Positions 37,319 through 51,731 are shown, counted from the whole stretch's first letter. The stretch: 63,496 bases of DNA, filler included, from Octopus bimaculoides (GCF_001194135.2; 4 parts of 4 records of this genome joined end to end with filler, not necessarily neighbours in it); one strand, 5' to 3'. Notes: generated by a model from the letters alone, not told the origin. Program-made: numbers and translations.

Positions 37319-37967
37319 TTTGAAAGTGAATACGGGAACTACAATAAATATTTCTACGTGTGCAAAAGAATATGCGCACTATCACACATGATGTCGGCCA
37401 CTGGTACGATACACGAAACCAACACAGCCAGAAACACATACATGTAGATCTTAGTGGTTCACACATACGTGTTTGTTTTCTTGTATACGCACATACACAC
37501 ACACACAGATAATCACACACATACATATATATAAGATATGATATTTGCATAATATACATATGTATGTAACAATGTATATTTGTATGTATATTAAACGTCT
37601 GTGCGTGTCTGTACAAATATATATACAGAAACAATTACAACTTTGATATTCACTTTACAAAATTCCCCCTTCAACTATTTATGTACTTTAACAATTCCAA
37701 TGATTTCCAATTTCATAGTGTAGAGATTATGTTTTTATATATTTCATATTTATGTTGAGCATTTTTATTGAAATGTGTTCTCATTTTCATAAAATGAATA
37801 CATGTAATTTCATGTTATGACGCTGCAAATGCCGAAGAAAAACAATATAAATCAAAGCGAAACAACAAAATATCAAAAACTAATAATGTTTTTAAAAAAG
37901 CAATCTCTTGGAGATTGCTTCGCTTATATTGAAGCATTTACTGTGTTCTTCATTTTCATCTCTCTCT

Positions 37968-38040
<73 letters not shown>

Positions 38041-38573
38041 NNNNNNNNNNNNNNNNNNNNNNNNNNNNNNNNNNNNNNNNNNNNNNNNNNNNNNNNNNNN
38101 NNNNNNNNNNNNNNNNNNNNNNNNNNNNNNNNNNNNNNNNNNNNNNNNNNNNNNNNNNNNNNNNNNNNNNNNNNNNNNNNNNNNNNNNNNNNNNNNNNNN
38201 NNNNNNNNNNNNNNNNNNNNNNNNNNNNNNNNNNNNNNNNNNNNNNNNNNNNNNNNNNNNNNNNNNNNNNNNNNNNNNNNNNNNNNNNNNNNNNNNNNNN
38301 NNNNNNNNNNNNNNNNNNNNNNNNNNNNNNNNNNNNNNNNNNNNNNNNNNNNNNNNNNNNNNNNNNNNNNNNNNNNNNNNNNNNNNNNNNNNNNNNNNNN
38401 NNNNNNNNNNNNNNNNNNNNNNNNNNNNNNNNNNNNNNNNNNNNNNNNNNNNNNNNNNNNNNNNNNNNNNNNNNNNNNNNNNNNNNNNNNNNNNNNNNNN
38501 NNNNNNNNNNNNNNNNNNNNNNNNNNNNNNNNNNNNNNNNNNNNNNNNNNNNNNNNNNNNNNNNNNNNNNNNN

Positions 38574-38618
<45 letters not shown>

Positions 38619-39599
38619 CATAATAAAGGTGACGTGCTCGCAATTTTACAACCGAAAGGTAGAAATATATACGTCACAAGAGACCGAGCGTTTTGTTTAA
38701 TACAACGTAATTGAAACTCCCCGTTTTCCACTATTCAGAATTACACGTTTCCTGTTATTAACTGCCTGGGAATACTGATCTGCTTTGCTTCTGAAATATC
38801 ATCTGTCTGATAGGTTTTGAAATACGATATGAAAGTTTGAAGAAAACACTTATCCTGATATCCATTTGTTCAAAAACTTGTGTGAAGGACACATGCAAAA
38901 AACGGCGGTACCTAACTCATGTTTTTGATTTCATTTCTGCTTCTAGTGCTAATGTTATTATAAACGTCTGCATACAAGGAAAGTTATAAAATTGCATTTC
39001 TGTCTCAGCGATGTTCTAAACTAATGATTTTTAAGTAATACTTTTAATTAATGTTTTTGAAAATAATGAGTGTCCTTGCGTCTGAGCAATTTTCCAAAGT
39101 AATACTTTGAAGTGCTACTTTTAATTAATGTCTTTAAAAGCAATTAATGTATGTGTATGTTTTGATTTTGCATGTACCTGTGAAGAAGCATAGATATACA
39201 CATGATCACACTAGCGCATACGTCTTCACATAATTATATATTCATGTATACATATACACATATGCATATATTCCATATATTTACACAGAGATACGCGTGC
39301 ACGCATATTGAAACACGTCTCAATAAAATATATGAATTAAACATTTGGAAAAAAAAAAAAAAACCTTTGTTCTTTTGCTCGTCTGAACCAGAACAAAATT
39401 CAAGGAGACTTGTATTAATATAAAAGATATTGAGACGCGTGCACACAAAAACCATTAGTTATGTTATTCAAATTTTCACTCATACAAAGCTGTCACCTCA
39501 TTTTTGATTTCAAGTACCCGTTTCTATTTGGCTGTGCAGTATCTACAATTGAGCAGATAATGTTGAAATTTCAGTTATATGTTCCTGTTTGTATCACAT

Positions 39600-39783
39600 C
39601 ATCGTCGTCTGAAAACCGGTGTTGATTTCTTTACAACCTCCTAAGTAAGCCATTTGGAAAAAGTGAACGAGAGTCTAAGTAGCAAACTTCAAATGCACAT
39701 ATATCGATGTCACATTGCTGAACTAAACCCATAACAGTGTCATTCCGGCATGGCTGCCGTTCAATGGCTGAAAAAAGTAACAA
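39600..39783 (+). mobile_element. SINE family A, highly degenerate right arm
   Basis: AAAACCGGTGTTG...TTTAC...TCC.GCATGGCTGCCGTTCAATGGCTGAAA.AAGTAA. Confidence 0.5.
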
Positions 39784-40784
39784 ATAATATATATGTATAA
39801 ATTTCTTTCCGGAAATTCAGGATTATATATGACTTTCTAATCGTTTCTTACAGATATGTGCTTAATTCATCTGCCCCTACCGCACAAGGTATTTTTGTTT
39901 CTGCTTCTCATTTTATGTAACTCTTTGCTTTTTTATAGCAACTTCATTGCTTGACTTTGTGTGCGTGCATGTGTGTGTGTGTTTATGTATGTGTGTGGGT
40001 TTATGTGTGTTCCCCTAGATTCTATTGTATCATTTTCGTCTGGTAGCTTCGGTGTTTCATCATAGGTGTAGGAAAGATTGTAAACTCATGGATTTTCACT
40101 CACGAACATTTTACATGTTTTTATGCTTGATCTGGGTAAGTATTGCTCTGCAATATTTGTTTCGCATTATAACTTTGACAAGGAATTCAAATCTCAGCAG
40201 ATAACTTCTGAATCAATTTTCCTTTTGTTCACTAAAGTATATTATATCGATATATATCTGCTTCAGTTTGGTATGTCTTTGTTTCTTTTTTTTCCGCAGC
40301 TAGAATCAATCCGAAAATTTATTTTTCGTTATTTTTCTCTGTTTGCTTGGATATTGGGAGTGCGTGTTTCGTTAACTTAAATCTATTTGCTTGATTATGG
40401 TGTTCATTTATATTTGGTGGCATTTCATTATTTATTATTGCTTTGCTTCGTTCAAAAGAGTCATTCTCAGGAGTGTCTCCCGGCGAAGATATCATTGCAT
40501 CTTTACTCGCTGTTAAAAGATAAATAAAGTGGAATGGAAATCTTTCAAGTAAAAAGAATAATAAAACAGAAAATATCTCATTGTGTAACTGTAGTCAGAA
40601 ATTCATATTACAAAATAAGAATTGAATATCTTGCGTGAATTAAAATCGAAATGAAAATTACGAGCAGTTTCTTTTCGAAATTTTCACGTAAATTGAGAGA
40701 AAATGTTTTATTATGTAACTGCTTTTAGCAAAAGTTATAATAATACTAACAAAAATAATGATGCGGAAGAGGAAGTAACATTGG

Positions 40785-41155
40785 CTTCAAATTTGGAACG
40801 AGGCCTGTAATTTCGAGGTCTAATATATTGACCCCTGTGTACAATCAGTACTTATTTTATTGACAGAAAAATGATGAAAAGGAAAAGTTGACCTCGGTAA
40901 AATTTTAAGTCAGAGCGTAATGGCGGACGAAATGCCGCTAAACATTTTGCTTGGCACGGTAACTGTTCTATTGGCAAGTCGCCCTATTAGACGAAAATAA
41001 TATTAAGAACAGTAATCAAATTCCACCGAGGTATATTTTGACTTTCATGCTTTCAGGGTCGATAAAATAAGTGCGAGTTCAACACTGGGATCGAGATAAT
41101 CGACTTGACACTTACCCTGAAATTGCTGGCCTTGTTTGTTCCAAAGTTTGAAACC
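40785..41155. mobile_element. Two divergent SINE family B copies (40785-40986 minus; 41013-41155 plus, headless)
   Basis: Both match the family B core. The plus copy reads TCAAATTCCACCGAGGT...CTTTCATGCTTTCAGGGTCGATAAAATAAGT. Confidence 0.75.
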
Positions 41156-41660
41156 AGTATTAAACATAGTAATTTGGAACAAGAAACATAGAAACTGGAT
41201 ATTGTTTACAACAAAGACAAAGTTTATTTAAAATAGTTTCACCTACTGCAATGCCAGAATATACTGCACATGAAAAATACGAGGAAGAGTTAAATCTAAT
41301 GTTTTTAAAGCAGAGAAAGTGGCACCAAAATCATTAGAAAGTTCAAGAGGGAATTTGATTTGAAAATATGTAGGAAAAAATTCCTTGACCAAATACGCAT
41401 TTAATCGTTATTTTAAAATGGCAGGAAGGGGTATATTACATCTACCTTATACCACTATAAACATACAATAAAATAATTTATATTGGTATATAAACACATA
41501 GATGAATATATACAGGGAGACATACAGACATATACAACATATATATGTAACTTTCAATGTTTATATTGCATACGCCAACATTTGTATTTCTAATTTATAT
41601 ATAAGTATCGGACTGTGTATCGTTTATATGTGAATGTATATGTGTGCGTATGTGTGTGTA

Positions 41661-41697
<37 letters not shown>

Positions 41698-42522
41698 NNN
41701 NNNNNNNNNNNNNNNNNNNNNNNNNNNNNNNNNNNNNNNNNNNNNNNNNNNNNNNNNNNNNNNNNNNNNNNNNNNNNNNNNNNNNNNNNNNNNNNNNTAT
41801 ATATATATATACGCTGTTATAGATGGACAGACTGATGGGCAGAGACAGAGAGAGGTCGGTGGATAGATAGATAGATAATGTAGATAACTTCATATATACA
41901 TACACAGCGATTCATTTTTATAAGCAACTAGACTTGGAAAATATTGAATATTAATAGATGTTATTTTATTTTAAAAATCTCCAATAATATTTTTTCGATT
42001 GTTTACTAGATTAAAATTCACATAATTTTACTGAAAATTTCATATATCGAATCGAATAAACAACAATTTTTTTGCGAAAAAAGTGTAGTATGCATCTAAA
42101 TTGGATTCATACTTTATAATTATTTATAGCTTTTAGAATAAATTGTCAAGTATAATTTCATATGTCTATGCGAATCAAGTGAAATTGTATGCAATTTGTA
42201 TACATCTATTTATGAAATATCTGTATGATTTCCTAAATAAGATGTTTCTTCACCTTCAACAAATAGAGTACCGTGCTTATATTTGAGCTGATGTAAATAT
42301 ATAAGTTATATTAAACTTAATGTCTCGACTTCAATAGCGGTGGTACAATATGTGTCTTAAATTTCTGTACACAACACATGTGGAAGCCATTGCAGTAGAA
42401 GAGGATGTCTACGACGCTGCATAACTCTTTAGCTGGAAATCCCCCACAAAAGCTTTATAAATCTATGATAAAAATTTAGTCATATCTAAATGTATGTTCT
42501 TACACATACATATACATACGTA

Positions 42523-42599
<77 letters not shown>

Positions 42600-42604
42600 T
42601 TATC

Positions 42605-42900
42605 CATGGGGTTCCCGTCTAGCAAATTTATGGTGGGTCTGGGGCTATAGAAGAAACTTAGCCAAGGTCCTGCGCAGTGAGGGCGAACTGAAACCGCCCG
42701 GTTGCAAAGTCAACTTCTAAACCGCACACTCATAACATCAGGTGTTTTTTGCCTTATACTTATATCAGACACTGGACTTCGGCTATGCTGGAGCACCACC
42801 TTCAAATGATTAGTCAAACAAATCAAGCACAGAATTTATTTTACCATCCCTTTCGCCGAAGCCTTAAGTTACGTGAACGTAAAGAACCCATCTCCGGTCT
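42605..42900 (-). mobile_element. SINE family A fragments (left arm, then right arm of another copy)
   Basis: GCTATAGAAGAAACTTAGCCAAGGT...; GGACTTCGGCTATGCTGGAGCACCACC...TAGTCAAACAAATC. Confidence 0.6.
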
Positions 42901-44112
42901 TTCAAACGGCAGTGAGGTATAAGCCCATGCACAAAGACATACACATAACTATGTACACATGCACGTATGTGTATGTGTATTATTATTTAGTTTTATTTCA
43001 AGATTTCTTGCCAATAGAGAAAGAGTCGGTTCCTAAATTCGATTCAAGGCTCCTTTATTGGAATTTCGGCAACAACAGTGTATGTATGTATGTATGTATG
43101 TATGTATTTGTATGCATATGTGCAGGCTCACATGTTTTGTATTAGGTATGTATTCTCATGTATATACTTGCATATTTAGACAGGCTCATATACACTTAAA
43201 TGATAACCTTCTGGAAAGCTTTATAGATGTTTACAGTTCCAGTGATGGCTTTGAGTGGTAGTCTTTGAATCAGCTTTCTCTTTTCTGGCTTCGAGAAGTC
43301 TAAGTTCCCAATATTGGTATTTAGGTAGTGTGTTACATATCCAAACACGTATGTACTTCCGTATGCATATGCCGAGCTTCTTTCAATTCTTGTCTATAAA
43401 TGCCCTTATAATGCTTATACAGACCAAGGCTACAGTACGAGAAATACGCGAAAGATGCCATGCAGAGAGACTTGTAATCATGTGTATGTTAACCAAACAT
43501 CTTACGACACAGCTATGTTTGTTTATATAAATTTTGTGGTTGTTAACAGTCAATGAACTGCCATTGCATATTGTCGTTCTTTAAGGTTGTTTCTCAAGGG
43601 ATGCGTAAGTAGCATCTTTCTAGGTAAAACGTTTTTACCAAACAACAAATCCACAGTCCTTTGCTGGACACGGTGCAGAAATGATTACACATATTTACAG
43701 GACGTTAGCGTAAGCGTTGAATACGAACAGCCATTATTTCTTGCCGGATAAATGAGCACGTCCAGGTCTTCCTTTGGCTCCTGAACCCGCTAAGTATTGA
43801 CCAAACTCGTTTATTTAACCCCAAATGACTTTTAATATGATGCTATTGTTGAAAGCGATAAATATTTCATATGCATTCAGTTAAGTTTGGTATAGATTCC
43901 GTTAAATTCAGAGCAGCACATCGACCTGCCATAACCTATAGTAAGATGTGATAATGCGAAAGGCATTATTGCTCATTGTCCAATTGATTATTCTGATTAA
44001 TTCTTCTAGCATTTCATTATACGCTCTTCATTAATTCTATTATTATGAAGTGGAAAAATCTTCATTTGGTTATTCCAACTATTCTATTAAAAAAACCTAT
44101 CATTATCATCAA

Positions 44113-44895
44113 GTCGGCGAGCTGGTTGGATTGTTACCGCGCCAGGTCAAATGCTTAGCGACATTTCGTTTGTCTTTATGTTGTGCGTTCAAATTCTGCC
44201 GATTTTGACTTTACCGTTCATCCTTCGGCGTTGTCGAAATAAGTATCAGCTACGTACTGGGGTCGATGTAATTGACTTATAATACCCTCCCATACAATTT
44301 CATGTCTTGTGCTTATAGTAGAAAGGATTATTATTGTTGTTCTTGTTGATGTTCGTGGTGGTGGTTTTTATGAAGTCGGCGAGCAGAACCGTTAGCACGC
44401 TCGACAAAATATTTAGCGACATTTCTTCCGGCTCTTTATATTGTGAGTTCAAATTCCGCCCATGCTGACTTTCACATTTTGTCATTTGGGGATCGATGTT
44501 ATCAAGATTCACACCGCATCTCAAGCGTTCAAAATGCGCGTAGAGTAGTGAGGTTTATCAAGGCGATAACTTGGGCAAATTGCTTAGCAGTATTTCGCCC
44601 GAGATCCATATTGCTCTTCATATTTTCTGGGTTAGAATTACTGGTTGTATGATAAATTCGGAGGCATAATCATTGTTATTATTATCATTAAGGCGTCGAG
44701 CTGGCAGAATCGTTAGCACGCCGGACGAAATGCCTAGCAGTATTTCGTCTGCTGCTCCGTTCTGAGTTCAAATTCTGCCGAGGTCGACTAGACCTTTCAT
44801 TCATTAGGGGACTATAAATTAAGTACGAAAGGCGTACTGGGATCGATCTAATCGACTGGCCCTTTCCCTCAAAGTTTCAAGCCTTGTGTCTATAG
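44113..44895 (+). mobile_element. Three tandem SINE family B copies (about 44113-44305, 44375-44500, 44690-44895)
   Basis: Repeated head GGCG..GAGC.GG..GAA..GTTAGCACGC...AAAT..TTAGC and GTTCAAATTC.GCCG, separated by ATT-rich spacers. Confidence 0.8.
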
Positions 44896-45939
44896 AAGAA
44901 ATTATTATTATTAATATTATTATTATCTTTATTAATATCAGAAAAACTGCTCTCCGGGCGGTTTTCAGCTGGCATATGTGTTGCGCATAATGATATTATA
45001 TATACATATAGATGTGATACATAAATTATAGAGTAAATTGACAATATGCCCATGAATTGAATAAAGACTCTGTTATAGTTTATTCTGTAATCAGTAAAAT
45101 AATCCATGATACATTTAAAGAAGACGATAATGAAAACTGGAAAAGAGATGAGACCGCCAAGGGAGAATGTTCATGAATCTTCACTTGAGTGAATTTGAAA
45201 ATAGATTCTCTGGTGGGAATTAATAAATTACATTTACCAGCATGAAGAGCTGAGTTTTGCTATATTGTTGTTTCATTATGTTCACTTACAGACGTCTTAA
45301 GTGTTTCTAGTGTCATTTTCCTAGCAATTAAAAAGAAACTTAAATACATTTCAATTAAAAGACAGTAATGAATATCGCACATCAGTGTAGAATATATTTG
45401 CAGACACAACTCTCAGAAAATGGTCCCTTTTCATTTATCTTGGTAATGTTTTTTGGTTTTTCTTTTCTTGACGCTCTTGATAAGGCAACATACATCTGGT
45501 CATGTGAGAAGAATTGTGTTGGGAGACGATATTATTGATTAAATAATTTCAAAGTGGAACCCCAGCATGACCGCTGGGCTTATTGTATAGATCGGGATTA
45601 TTGTTTTCACATTATGTAACAGAGTTAAAAATAATTTAATCACTTGTTTTGTTTTGTTTTCTTTTCTTTTTTCGCTTTATTTCATTTATTACGAACGGGA
45701 AGAAAAAAAAACATTTGTTTACATATGGATTTCAAACGGAAGTTGACATTTAAAACAGAAGCGAATCTTGTTATATTAAGCATTATAATTTATGTTTAAT
45801 ATACAATTAAACTTTATAGTTTAAATTTGTTTTAATATTCATTTATAATTCCTTCAAAGTAATGTGACTTTTTTTTAATAACGTGAGAAAGAAAAAGAAA
45901 ACTGCACACAATCCCACACGCCTTCAATCAATATAATAT

Positions 45940-46084
45940 AGATTATTATTATCAGTAGTAGTAGTTGTAGTAGTAGTAGTAGTAGTAGTAGTAGTTGTAG
46001 TAGTAGTAGTAGTAGTAGTAGTAGCAACAGCAGCGGCACTATTAGTAACAGCAGAGCAGCAGCTGTACTAATAGTAACAGCGGC

Positions 46085-46121
<37 letters not shown>

Positions 46122-46198
46122 ACAGTAGTAGTGGTGGTAGTAGTAGTAGTGACAGTAGTAGTAGTAGTAGTGGTAGTGGTGGTAGTAGAATTAGTGAC

Positions 46199-46232
<34 letters not shown>
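45940..46232. repeat. (TAG/GTA)n trinucleotide array
   Basis: Source of the poly-Thr and poly-Leu ORFs 45875-46267 and 46042-46239. Confidence 0.95.
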
Positions 46233-46848
46233 CTTGCAAAAATAGTACTTGCGATGTTAGTGTGCAAAACCTAATGCGCGCTAATTTGGTTAGCAGAGAC
46301 GTTATCTTGTGCTTTGATTAAATCATGTCTCTTCATATCTCAAGAATACGCCTTGCTCATTTTGCTGATTGGATAGTAGCACTTTTCTGCTTGTCAATAA
46401 TACGTATCCTAACTCCACTATCTTTCAGCCACTTAAGTAGTGTTTTCTGTATATCTTAAGCGACGTTAGAACATATGTGGTGTTGTGTTATGTTTAATAA
46501 AAACATTAAGAGTAATGTTCATTCGTTCTTTTATTGTATACTCTCCAAGCATTGTCTCCCCTCCTGTAGTAGCATTAGCTTTTCCTGACTCTATAGAGCT
46601 TACTTATAGTTCATACTATATATATATATATATATATATAGGTTATGAGCGAGAATCGTGTCAATTAGACCCAAAGACCTTCTGTTTATAAATGTTCTAT
46701 ATTATATACACTCTTGGTTTTTTATCTCATTACGAAATCCTTGTATATATATATATATATATAGATATAGATTCAAGGCTTGAATATGGTACTTATGCGA
46801 AGGCACCCGAATATCACATCCCAAAAGGATGGGTGATTAAAATCAAAT

Positions 46849-47010
46849 AATAAGCAACACGGATTTCAAAAGTGATTGCAGTACGCACGTTTCATGCTAC
46901 TTCAATTTATTTAAGTAATGTGAGCATTACCTTAAATGCAATATGAAGAGCAATCTTCAGCTGCACGAAAAAATGTAGAAAAAAGACATATTACAAATGT
47001 GGCAACATAT
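46849..47010 (-). repeat. Dispersed repeat family F, second copy
   Basis: Reverse complement of 14796-14966. Confidence 0.85.
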
Positions 47011-47854
47011 TAAAACCAAGTGGGAGAGAGCAGACTAGAATATATANNNNNNNNNNNNNNNNNNNNNNNNNNNNNNNNNNNNNNNNNNNNNNNNNNNNNN
47101 NNNNNNNNNNNNNNNNNNNNNNNNNNNNNNNNNNNNNNNNNNNNNNNNNNNNNNNNNNNNNNNNNNNNNNNNNNNNNNNNNNNNNNNNNNNNNNNNNNNN
47201 NNNNNNNNNNNNNNNNNNNNNNNNNNNNNATATATATATATATATATATATACAGAGACTGAGAGAGAGATGGGAATAATTTATGCGTACGTGTGTCTGC
47301 GTGTGTGTATACATATAAACGGTGGGTCAGAGAGAGAATAGATAAATAGATAGAGTGCATCTATTTTCGCATATTTGAAACCATCCTGTTAGGATAGAAT
47401 TATTTCGGTTGCAGGACGCAATTTTCATCCAATATCCTCGACTATGTCATGTAAATTATGTTGGCACTTGAATATAAATCAGATATTGCTATACAGAGTA
47501 AAACGAATCGATGATCTATTTATGAAAATATAAGCAATATCGTGAAGATTCATTAGATTTTCTGTATGGTTACCCGAATGTATGAAGATCGTTCAAAAAC
47601 ACTTTTAAACGTAAACGGATATTTATGCATTACCTTGTTTTCCCTACGTAGGTACAATATCACACATTCTGTGATTGAAACTGTCAATTGCACCACCCCT
47701 AAGCTTGGATGGTATTTATATATGAGTCTTTGAGGGTAAAAGCCAAAATTAACACGAGCAGAATTTCCATCCATGAATAAGCGGTTCGGCAAAAAACCGA
47801 TATAATGAGTACCAGTCTTAAAAAAAAAATAAATGACTGGCAAAATCGTTAACA

Positions 47855-48030
47855 CGCTGAGTAAAATGCTGAGCAGCATTTCCTCAGCGTAGAAGTTCTG
47901 ATTTCAAATTCCACCAAGGTCACGTTTGTCTCTAATCCTTTCGGGGTCGATGTAATAAGTATCATTTCAGTATTGCGGCCGTTGTAATCGACTTACCCAT
48001 CTCCCACAATATTTGATGTCTTGTGCCTAT
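47855..48030 (+). mobile_element. SINE family B
   Basis: CTGGCAAAATCGTTAACACGC...AAATGCTGAGC...TTCAAATTCCACCAAGGTC...CCTTTCGGGGTCGAT. Confidence 0.75.
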
Positions 48031-49172
48031 CATTATTATTTGTATTACTAATATTAGTATGTTAAAAATTAACCAATATATTTGTGCTTCATTGATATTA
48101 GCTAATAAACAAACGTAATATAACGAGATTAGATTCATTGTGGAAATCCTGTCGTAGCCAACTTCGATATTCATCTGTTTTTTTTGTGTTAGTCTTATTT
48201 TATTTTGAAGACCAGGTGCAGAGAGATGAATAGGTTCCGTCTCAGTACAGGGAAACATTCTCATTCTATTCGTTACCAAGTGTAATTCTGTTATCTGTAT
48301 ATCATGCACAAAATTCAAATAGGGGAAATTCCTCAGAGTATGTCACTAATACTATAATGGAAATAAATGAATCAAGAACCCTCGACCATTTTCTCTTTAA
48401 TTTTAGGAATATCAATTCATATGCTTCAGCTACTGAATCACAATCGTCGCGACCGACGGAGAATCTACCAGAATTTTACATCACTGTAGCCAAACAGTAA
48501 TTTCATAGTATACGAAAATTCCGTATTAAATCTTCTTTCAAACATCTTGACGTTCATTCTTCTTTGACGTGAATGTAAAATGAGCAATGGCGGTATTGCT
48601 TCGACAGACCCATCTAGAATGTAATCTTTGATGAGTGCAATGGGATTGTCACAGTTGCATAAGGATTTTCTTCAGCCTATAATAGGAATATACATACACT
48701 TATATATATATATATNNNNNNNNNNNNNNNNNNNNNNNNNNNNNNNNNNNNNNNNNNNNNNNNNNNNNNNNNNNNNNNNNNNNNNNNNNNNNNNNNNNNN
48801 NNNNNNNNNNNNNNNNNNNNNNNNNNNNNNNNNNNNNNNNNNNNNNNNNNNNNNNNNNNNNNNNNNNNNNNNNNNNNNNNNNNNNNNNNNNNNNNNNNNN
48901 NNNNNNNNNNNNNNNNNNNNNNNNNNNNNNNACTTCTGCACTGATTTTCTATTCAACTAAAACTTATTTCTGCATTGACAGCTAGGAAGTTTGCAAATGA
49001 GTTGCTTGTCCAGATCTCGTTGAATATTGCAATGTTGAATAACGAAAGGTGCAGAAGCAGCCATTTGGTCAAACATTTCTTCTCCCGATAACATTGCTTT
49101 GAGTTCGGTCTATCTCTTCTCGCAGCACATTGTGAAAATAATGTCTTTTGTTTTATATCCTAGCTTCTGTAT

Positions 49173-49416
49173 TAAAGATTGTTTGCCAACATAACATGGC
49201 AGTCCTGGTTTAGGACTAATGTTGCTGTTTTTTAACCCCAGGAGACATCCTTTCCAGCTGGCTATATGACACGTGTCCTTATATTGTCGAAAAAAGGAAA
49301 CTATAAGGACACAGATCGTGTCGTATAGCCTGCTGGAGACGATGTCTTCTGGGGCTAAATTACAGCAACATTACTCCCAAACCTGGACTGTAAGGTATGT
49401 TGGCAAACAATCTTTA
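49173..49416. mobile_element. 244-bp fold-back MITE
   Basis: The termini TAAAGATTGTTTGCCAACATA / TATGTTGGCAAACAATCTTTA are a 21-bp perfect inverted repeat. Imperfect complementarity continues inward to TGTCCTTATA / TATAAGGACA. Confidence 0.88.
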
Positions 49417-49552
49417 CTAAAAGTACTGTTGCTAAATATTTTACGTTGTGAGATTTAAGAATAGTAATATCCTAGCTTCTCTTTAGTAATTGTCGATGGA
49501 TGAGAAAAAATTCGGGGGATTATTCAGTAGATAGAAAGAGTAGAAACAAATC

Positions 49553-49595
<43 letters not shown>

Positions 49596-50180
49596 CTACG
49601 ATTTGTTTCTACCCTTTCTCTCTACTTATATATGTATATATATAAGTATCGTTTGGCTCCGCATCAATATGGCTGTTTCGTACGAATCAACGCTACCAAC
49701 ATTGTTGAACAAAGAGGAAGTTATCGATGCTATCTGGACCTGACATGTATTGCAAGCGGAGAAACGTAAATTCAGTAGGAATGCCACTGAGCAATTTTTC
49801 CCCGGTTCAGTTACGTTTCTGCTAACTCACTTCCTTCATAAATAGAATAAATAATATCCACAAGGTGAAAGTATCTATACTTAATTATTTACCCTCAAGC
49901 GAGGTCGTCCTTATGCGACACGCTGAATAAATATTAATTCCAGACTTGTGTATGTTTAAGAGATGTTTTCAAGATGATCCGATGGTACAAATAACATATA
50001 ACAGCATAATAATGCAGTTACATTTCTCTCACGGAGTCGATGTAGTACATTGCGTCCATCTATTTTCATGGTCTTAGTACATAGTTCCCACATAAGACAA
50101 AGATATGACATCTATGCAGTCGTTCAACATGCTAGAAACAGCAAGGAAATCATTCAATATATATGTCTTATTGCTCTTAA

Positions 50181-50400
50181 CCCATTAAGTCCCAGAGTAC
50201 TTAAATTTCTGAATATTACTTTTAAATTTTATAGATGATTGAAAATGGGTTAAAATGAAAAAAATATTTATTAAAACTCCTTTACTTCGTAGAAATGGAA
50301 ATACTCAGGATCCTATAAATCGGACACTGAGATAATTTGATACAGTTTATTTGATGTTCTCATTTAGTGTCCTATTTATAGGACAGTGGGACTTAATAGG
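50181..50400. mobile_element. piggyBac-type MITE
   Basis: TTAA duplication at 50177-50180 and 50401-50404. The 14-bp TIRs CCCATTAAGTCCCA / TGGGACTTAATAGG have 1 mismatch. An internal 18-bp inverted repeat is TCCTATAAATCGGACACT / AGTGTCCTATTTATAGGA. Confidence 0.9.
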
Positions 50401-50904
50401 TTAAAAGAGGAATAAATAAAACAGTAATCGAGCTAATTAAGTATGCCCCAATGCCTAATAAATTATGTGGAACCTAAATCGTGTGACATATTAATTATAG
50501 CGCCTTAAAACTCAGTTTCCATTGGTTTTCTTGTATTCATAACTAATATCCTGTTAGGTTATATGAGTGATGTAGGGAATAGATATTTAATTCATGGGTA
50601 AATGCACAGTAAATAACAAGCAAAAAGAAAGCACCAACAGGTTTCCATGGAAAACCAATTCTCAAGGATAGTTACATTGTTAGAAAAGACAAGCGGAGTT
50701 ATCTGAAATAGTTGAACATACGCCTAAATAGGGAGGGCTATGATTAAGATATATTCCACACGAGATCATTGTGCATATATATATATACGAATGCATCATG
50801 GTGTTGACAAGCTTCGATCTTGGTTTGAAGCTTGCAGATTTACTAAACCTGCATTATGTCACAAAATAGATAAACTAAACAATTATTTTCGTACTTAAAT
50901 GAAC

Positions 50905-51205
50905 TTAGCCTCCTTTGATGTTGAAGACATTCAATGCATTCATAGGAGATACACACACTGTTTCACTGACAATAGTGAGCGAAGGTATAACGATCGCATA
51001 GAAAGAGAGCCGACAATAGAGAGAAGTCGGTTCGAGAAATGTTAAAAACGTCTCTGAATGACTGCATGAGTGGGAAGATAATTGGCTGTGGGGATTGTTG
51101 CAAGTGTAACCATTAGAAATAGGATTTATCAACTACTGAGTAGGAATCGTATTGTCGAATCTGAGATTGAAATTAAAATATCACATGGTGTGATAACATT
51201 TCTGA
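50905..51205 (+). mobile_element. Probable ancient CR1/L2-type LINE reverse-transcriptase fragment
   Basis: Frameshifted pieces CFTDNSE, LHEWEDNWLWDCCKCNH and IVESEIEIKISHGVI occur in the order expected for LFADDTK, L.EW.D.WL..FN..KC and LE.S..EKDLGVI. Confidence 0.42.
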
Positions 51206-51227
51206 ATTTTGTCGATTACTAACACTG

Positions 51228-51260
<33 letters not shown>

Positions 51261-51731
51261 NNNNNNNNNNNNNNNNNNNNNNNNNNNNNNNNNNNNNNNN
51301 NNNNNNNNNNNNNNNNNNNNNNNNNNNNNNNNNNNNNNNNNNNNNNNNNNNNNNNNNNNNNNNNNNNNNNNNNNNNNNNNNNNNNNNNNNNNNNNNNNNN
51401 NNNNNNNNNNNNNNNNNNNNNNNNNNNNNNNNNNNNNNNNNNNNNNNCGAGTAAAAATAAATACAAAAAAGGTGGGGGTTTTTGTATGATTGTGTATACA
51501 GGAATATATTATTTTGTTTAAAAGAGTTCCAACACTGTCTGTTTTTTATGTTTTATTTATATTCCTGCAGAACTAATGTGGGGTATAGAATATGGAATAT
51601 ACAATATATAATATACAATATAAAATAAAATAAAATAAAAATGGATGGCACCATGAAAGAAAGTATTGAATGTAGATGAAATATTGAGTGTTCAATATAA
51701 AGGATCAAATATATAAATATATATATATAAA

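Noticed and set aside
50641-50655. RFX X-box-like GTTTCCATGGAAAAC
   Set aside because: It has one extra base relative to the palindromic consensus and no associated gene start.
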